DNA of 64,000 nucleotides from contig CACZYP010000001.1 of NCBI GenBank assembly GCA_902785425.1, forward strand, positions 1 to 64,000. The letters run 5' to 3'. The notes beneath the pieces were generated by a model, which was not told the DNA's origin, searched no databases, and saw only the letters and a program-made list of their open reading frames with translations. Every line of letters begins with the position of its first letter. Position 1 is the first letter of the stretch. This document shows, piece by piece, positions 59,076-64,000 of this stretch. A program made the position numbers and the translations under genes. The DNA is from an uncultured Ruminococcus sp. (lineage in GTDB: Bacteria; Bacillota; Clostridia; Oscillospirales; Acutalibacteraceae).

Positions 59076-60815
59076 ATGAATAAGGAGATATCAAAAAAAG
59101 ACGCTGCTTTGGAAAACAGCGCCGAAGCTCCGTCGAAAGAAGCCGGCAAGAGCAAAAAGGCTAAAAGTCCTTTGCTGCGTATTGCGGCTCCGATCGGTAT
59201 CGCCGCAGTTGTTCTGGCGGCAGGTATCATTGCTTCCGGTGTAAGCATGGGGTTGTTTTCGGGTAAAACGTATGACGCATTTATTGCAACGCCGCAGAGC
59301 GACGTTGAGCTTGCAGCACCGCAGGGCATATTCCTTGAGGGTATATCCGTAGCGGGCGTAGACCTCGGCGGTCAGACAATGAAAGCCGCACGGGATCTGC
59401 TTATGGTGCAGGAGTCGCAGCTCATCCCTTCGATGAACTACACGCTCAGCTGCAACGACAAGATAATCTATCTCAGCGAGGACGATTTTGAATTCAGCTT
59501 CGACACCGTTCTGAGGCTCAATGAGGCTTACGAGTACAGCGAGTATATGCGCAGCATACTCAACGAGAGCGGAAGAGCGACATTAAAGAATTCGGAAAAA
59601 AAGGATTATCCGATCAGCATGACGTTTGACGAAGATTCCGTCAGGAAAGCATGCGAGGGCGTAGCCGAAAAGGTAAATGTTCCGATGCAGGACGCTCACG
59701 TTACGAACATCGACGTAACTAAAGAAGATGTTGCAGATATGTTCACCTTTGCAGAGGGCGTAACAGGCTCGACTCTCAATGTGGACGATCTTGTAAATCA
59801 GATAAATACGCTTCGGAGCAATCAGCAGTACACTGCCGATATCATAGGCGAGATGGAGAACTTAGAGCCTTCAATAAGCCTTGAAGATCTTAAAAAGAAT
59901 CTTGTTCTTATCTCTCAGTACGTTACCTATTCGGGCAACACATGGGCAGGCAACATGAACATGATGACTGCAATGGAGAGTATGAACGGCACTATCATAA
60001 AGCCGGGCGAGGTGTTCTCGTTCAACGAAAAGACGGGCAACTCGAACCTTGCCGAAAACGGTTACTATGCGGCAGGCGTTATCGTGAACGGACGTTCCGC
60101 AGACGGCATCGGCGGCGGTATCTGTCAGGCGGCGACTACTATCTACAATGCGGCTATCAGAGCAGATATGACGGTAGTAGAGCGTGAGCCTCACACATGG
60201 CCGTCTGTTTATGTTCCGATAGGCATAGACTCCGCTATCGACTATGGCAACATTGACATGAAGTTCCGCAACGACACGGAGCATGAGATATATCTCATCT
60301 GCTATATGGACGGCGCAGCACTCAATGCGTTCATTTACGGCTATAAGCCGACGACATATGATGAGATCTGCATTTCATCGTGGTTTACAGGCTACAGCGG
60401 AAACGGCTTCGGCGCAGTTGCGGAAAGAAACTACTACAAGGGCGGCAAGGTCGTCAAGACGGAAGATCTTCCTGCTTCCTACTACTCCAACGGCGGCGGT
60501 ACGAGCTACAGCCACGAGGAGATGCCGAGCGGCTACGTGTTCAAGCGTGTTTACACCGATAAGCAGGCATCCGACGCTAGCGTAGGCGCACCGACAGACA
60601 CCGATACCGATAAGTCCGAAACAGAGGATAGTGTAGAGTCGAAGACCGAGGAAGACGGCGAAGCTGCGGAAGAAGTTTCCGAGCAGGCTGCCGAAGAGTA
60701 TACTGAAGCGCCTGCGGCAGAAGCTGTTGAAGAGGCTGTAGAAGAAGCTGCCGAGGAACTTGCCGAAGAGCCTGTCGAAGATGCGGCCGCAGAAGAGGAC
60801 GTTATAGAAGAATAA
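59076..60815 (+). CDS. VanW-family protein with an N-terminal TM anchor and a C-terminal polyacidic tail.
   Basis: It has the VanW core (GVIVNGRSADGIGGGICQAATTIYNAAIRA). Confidence 0.75.
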   Translation: MNKEISKKDAALENSAEAPSKEAGKSKKAKSPLLRIAAPIGIAAVVLAAGIIASGVSMGLFSGKTYDAFIATPQSDVELAAPQGIFLEGISVAGVDLGGQTMKAARDLLMVQESQLIPSMNYTLSCNDKIIYLSEDDFEFSFDTVLRLNEAYEYSEYMRSILNESGRATLKNSEKKDYPISMTFDEDSVRKACEGVAEKVNVPMQDAHVTNIDVTKEDVADMFTFAEGVTGSTLNVDDLVNQINTLRSNQQYTADIIGEMENLEPSISLEDLKKNLVLISQYVTYSGNTWAGNMNMMTAMESMNGTIIKPGEVFSFNEKTGNSNLAENGYYAAGVIVNGRSADGIGGGICQAATTIYNAAIRADMTVVEREPHTWPSVYVPIGIDSAIDYGNIDMKFRNDTEHEIYLICYMDGAALNAFIYGYKPTTYDEICISSWFTGYSGNGFGAVAERNYYKGGKVVKTEDLPASYYSNGGGTSYSHEEMPSGYVFKRVYTDKQASDASVGAPTDTDTDKSETEDSVESKTEEDGEAAEEVSEQAAEEYTEAPAAEAVEEAVEEAAEELAEEPVEDAAAEEDVIEE

Positions 60816-60887
60816 CAATTATTCGCAAGCCGTTCCGCATTGACTGCGGAACGGTTGATTTTTTCATATTTATCTGCTATCATTAAT

Positions 60888-61073
60888 AATGGAAAATTGA
60901 CAATTGACAATGGACAATTGCGGAAGCGGCTGCGCCGCTTGATTTTATATTAGTTTATTCAGAACTTAATAGTTATCTCATGGCTGTGAATTTGGGATAG
61001 CTAATATAATCCAACTCGGCGAAGCCGAGTTCCATAATTGTCAATTATCAATTGTCAATTGTCAATTGATGAA
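60888..61073. repeat. Long family A element. Its end runs into the tmcAL start region.
   Basis: It reads ggaaaattgacaattgacaatggacaattgcggaagcggctgcgccgcttg … aactcggcgaagccgagttccataattgtcaattatcaattgtcaattgtcaattg. Confidence 0.85.
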
Positions 61074-62306
61074 ATGGGGGTCGGCGCATTGAAAACGGCG
61101 GGTATTGTTGCAGAGTTTGATCCGTTTCATAACGGGCATAAATATCTTGTCAAACGCGCCCGTGAAAACGGCGCACAGTTTGTTGTGTCCGTTATGAGCG
61201 GTAGCTTTCTCCAGCGCGGCAGCTGCGCTGTTCTCGGAAAGTATGAGCGGGCGGAGGCGGCTGTCCTCGGCGGAGTAGACCTCGTTCTGGAGCTGCCGCA
61301 GGTTTTCGCCTGCGCGAGCGCAGAAACGTTCGCAAGGGGCGGTGTGGGTGTGCTTAAAGCGTGCGGATGCGTCGATACGCTTTGCTGCGGCGCTGAGTAC
61401 CTTGACGGAAGGGTGAGATGGCGCGCGCTTGATATTCTCGAAGGTGCGGACGTGCGCCAATTTCTCATTAAGGGATACAGCTATCCCCGCGCCGTCTTCG
61501 CGGCAGTCGAAAGGTCGGGCGACCTTGAGGCGGCAAAGCTTTTTCGCTCCCCGAATGACGTTCTCGCGCTTGAATATCTGAAGGCGGGCAGAGATGACTT
61601 CGACTTTCTGACCGTTCGCCGCACGGCTCCACACGACGGGGATATCCCTGCGGAAAACGGCGTATATCCCGCGTGTTTCGGGGTGGACGATAGATTTATT
61701 TCCGCTTCGGCTATCCGTAAAATGATGATATCCGGCGATGATACATACAAGGAATATGTTCCCGAAACGACTGCTCGTATTATTGAAAAAGCGCTTGAAG
61801 GCGGGTGCTGCCCCGTGAGCTTTGAAAACAACGAGCGAGGCGTTCTGTCCGTTCTGCGCCGAATGACGGCTGACGAACTGAGAGAATTGCCCGACGTATC
61901 CGAAGGCCTTGAAAACAGGCTCTATAAAGCTGTACGAAGTGAGAATACAGTTTCGGACATTATAATGAATGTCAAGTGCAAGAGATATACGTATGCACGC
62001 CTTGCAAGGATCGTAGCGTGCGCATATCTCGGTATAAAAAAGAGCGATATCACAAAGCCTATGTATATCAGAGTGCTTGCGTTCAACGACAAAGGCGCAA
62101 GGCTCCTTAAAGAGATGAAAACGAAAGCGTCACTTCCCGTTGTGATGAGCGCACGGGATATAAAAACTCTTAACAGTGACGCAAGACGAATGATAGATAT
62201 TGACATCAGAGCGAACGACCTTTTCGGATTGTGTACGCCGGCGGCCATGCCGTGCGGTGAAGACTATTACACGGGCGCTTTGAAGATCGATGATAACGGG
62301 AGGTAA
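61074..62306 (+). CDS. tmcAL: tRNA(Met) cytidine acetate ligase (TmcAL/YlbM, UPF0348).
   Basis: It has the signature GIVAEFDPFHNGHKYL. The start is uncertain between ATG at 61074 and TTG at 61089. Confidence 0.8.
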   Translation: MGVGALKTAGIVAEFDPFHNGHKYLVKRARENGAQFVVSVMSGSFLQRGSCAVLGKYERAEAAVLGGVDLVLELPQVFACASAETFARGGVGVLKACGCVDTLCCGAEYLDGRVRWRALDILEGADVRQFLIKGYSYPRAVFAAVERSGDLEAAKLFRSPNDVLALEYLKAGRDDFDFLTVRRTAPHDGDIPAENGVYPACFGVDDRFISASAIRKMMISGDDTYKEYVPETTARIIEKALEGGCCPVSFENNERGVLSVLRRMTADELRELPDVSEGLENRLYKAVRSENTVSDIIMNVKCKRYTYARLARIVACAYLGIKKSDITKPMYIRVLAFNDKGARLLKEMKTKASLPVVMSARDIKTLNSDARRMIDIDIRANDLFGLCTPAAMPCGEDYYTGALKIDDNGR

Positions 62307-62308
62307 AT

Positions 62309-63559
62309 ATGGAACTTTACGAGAATGAACAGAAGCCCCAGAGAGCGCTGCTCATAAGCGTTGATTACGGCGCATTTGACGCAGAAGCTTCGATGGAGGA
62401 ACTATATGCGCTCGCCGAAAGCGCAGGCGCAGAGGTAGTCGGCTCGATGATACAGAAGCTTGATAAGCCTATCGGTGCAAGTTATGTCGGCAGCGGCAGA
62501 CTTGAGGAGATAGCCGAGCTTTGCAAAACGCAGGAGATAGATCTTATAATCGCCGATGACGAGCTTACTCCTGTACAGATAAGAACGATTGAAGATACGG
62601 CAGACGTTCGTGTTATCGACAGAACTATGCTGATACTCGATATTTTTGCGCTAAGGGCAAACTCAAAAGAGGGCAAGCTGCAGGTAGAAACGGCGCAGCT
62701 TCGCTATATGCTCCCAAGACTTACCGGTAAAGGCATACAGATGTCTAAGCAGGGCGGCGGTATCGGCACAAGAGGTCCCGGCGAGACGAAGCTTGAAACA
62801 GACCGCCGCCATATAAGGCGCAGGCTCGACGCTCTCGGCGAAAAGCTTGACGAGATAGAAAAGCGCCGTGAGCAGCTTCGCCAAAGAAGAAAAAAGGACG
62901 GAGTTATCACCGCCGCTATAGTCGGCTATACTAATGCAGGAAAGTCTACGCTTATGAATTTCCTGACCGATGCAGGAGTGCTTGAAAAGGATCAGCTTTT
63001 TGCAACGCTCGATCCCACTTCCCGTGCGTTGAAGCTTCCGAACGGCGTGAGCGTTATGCTCATAGATACGGTCGGCTTCGTCCGCAGACTGCCGCACCAG
63101 CTTGTAAAGGCTTTCCGTTCAACTCTTGAAGAAGCCGCAAGCGCCGACATCATCATAAACGTGTGCGATGCATCGAACGAAGAGGCTTTGCTGCATCTTG
63201 ATGTTACGCAAAAGCTTCTTGAAGAACTCGGCTGTGCCGATACGCCCGTTATCACGGTGTTCAATAAAAGCGATCTGATAGAAGACCCGTCGATCATTCC
63301 GAATATTTCAAAAGGCGTTCGCATAAGCGCCAAAAAGGGAACGGGCATAGATGCGCTGCTTACGGCTATTGAGGATAATCTCCCCGTAAGAATGCACCGT
63401 GTAAAGCTTATGCTGCCGTTTGCAAAGGCAGGCATTTCCGCCGAGATACGCAAAAGCGGAACGCTGTTTTCGGAAGAATACACGGCGGACGGCATTGAAG
63501 TCGATGCGCTCGTTGACGATATACTATATGCCAAAGTCAAGGAGTTTGCGGAGGAATAA
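62309..63559 (+). CDS. hflX: GTPase HflX.
   Basis: It has an HflX N-domain and a G-domain (GYTNAGKST, DTVGF, NKSD). Confidence 0.93.
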   Translation: MELYENEQKPQRALLISVDYGAFDAEASMEELYALAESAGAEVVGSMIQKLDKPIGASYVGSGRLEEIAELCKTQEIDLIIADDELTPVQIRTIEDTADVRVIDRTMLILDIFALRANSKEGKLQVETAQLRYMLPRLTGKGIQMSKQGGGIGTRGPGETKLETDRRHIRRRLDALGEKLDEIEKRREQLRQRRKKDGVITAAIVGYTNAGKSTLMNFLTDAGVLEKDQLFATLDPTSRALKLPNGVSVMLIDTVGFVRRLPHQLVKAFRSTLEEAASADIIINVCDASNEEALLHLDVTQKLLEELGCADTPVITVFNKSDLIEDPSIIPNISKGVRISAKKGTGIDALLTAIEDNLPVRMHRVKLMLPFAKAGISAEIRKSGTLFSEEYTADGIEVDALVDDILYAKVKEFAEE

Positions 63560-63561
63560 CT

Positions 63562-63744
63562 ATGGATATTCGTGTAGGCGATATTCTTACGCTTAAAAAG
63601 CCGCACCCGTGCGGAGGGAAAGATTTCCTCGTCACCCGTGTAGGCATGGATTTTAAGATACAATGCAAAAGCTGCGGCAGAGAAGTAATGGTGCCGAGAG
63701 CGAAGATAGAAAAGAACATTAAATCAGTCCAAAGGGCGGATTAA
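63562..63744 (+). CDS. DUF951 family small protein.
   Basis: It contains GDILTLKKPHPCGG…CKSCGREV. The stop TAA is the first triplet of the following family A element. Confidence 0.7.
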   Translation: MDIRVGDILTLKKPHPCGGKDFLVTRVGMDFKIQCKSCGREVMVPRAKIEKNIKSVQRAD

Positions 63745-64000
63745 TTGACAATGGATAATTGACAATTGACAATTGCGGAGTCGCTTCGCTCCTTTCTTTT
63801 AATGTGGAATTTGGAAAGTGGAAAGTGGAATGTCGGAAGCACTTCGTGCTTGATTATATTAGTGTTTTCGGACTTAATAGTTATCTCACGGCAGTAAATA
63901 AAGTGTGGTTTTTGAGATAACTAATACAATCCAACTCGCCGCAGGCGAGTTCCGCCATTCGCCATTCCACTATCCACATTTCACATTCATAAAAAGGGCG
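63742..64000. repeat. Long compound family A element (GACAATT-type left end, a second GTGGAAA block with hairpin aagcac-ttc-gtgctt, and an inverted GTGGATA/GTGGAAT right end). It may continue past the window edge.
   Basis: It is visible. Confidence 0.85.

Noticed and set aside
1-64000. Search for tRNA, rRNA or tmRNA genes.
   Set aside because: No GTTCGAATC/GGTTCAAATCC-type T-arm or acceptor features were found outside CDS, so none is reported.

Overview
This 64 kb window reads as chromosomal DNA from a Gram-positive Clostridia member, with coding density around 88%. Two markers point that way: a dockerin/LRR surface protein suggests a Ruminococcus/Oscillospiraceae-like organism, and a sporulation spoIIE gene is present. 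Most genes are housekeeping. They include ackA, two tandem thrS paralogs, aspS, coaBC, glgP, zapA plus a U32 peptidase, spoIIE, the heat-shock operon hrcA-grpE-dnaK-dnaJ with CIRCE operators, coaX plus an ECF S-component, rlmB, rpe, tmcAL, hflX and several ABC transporters. There is also a MacAB-like efflux module carrying two HlyD adaptor genes. I found no tRNA, rRNA or CRISPR.

Three things stand out. First, a very dense, apparently novel family of modular intergenic repeat elements occurs at 16 loci (family A). Each has ends built from tandem heptamers (GGAAAAT, GACAATT, GTGGATA, GTGGAAA and similar), a conserved core hairpin (TTGCGGAGTCGCTGCGCTCC or TTGCGGAAGCACTTCGTGCTTG) and an inverted heptamer array at the far end. 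One locus is a 5.4-copy head-to-tail array, and several copies abut or supply gene start and stop codons. A second hairpin-rich repeat family (family B) occurs at four loci. Second, the two thrS paralogs are direct tandem neighbours. One lacks the N-terminal TGS domain, and their 3' ends carry a near-identical tract of roughly 330 bp, which looks like gene conversion. Third, one 1406-aa protein joins an approximately 820-aa polyacidic low-complexity N-terminus to what looks like a catalytically dead P1B-type ATPase. All coordinates and functional calls come from reading the sequence and translations by eye, with no database search run.
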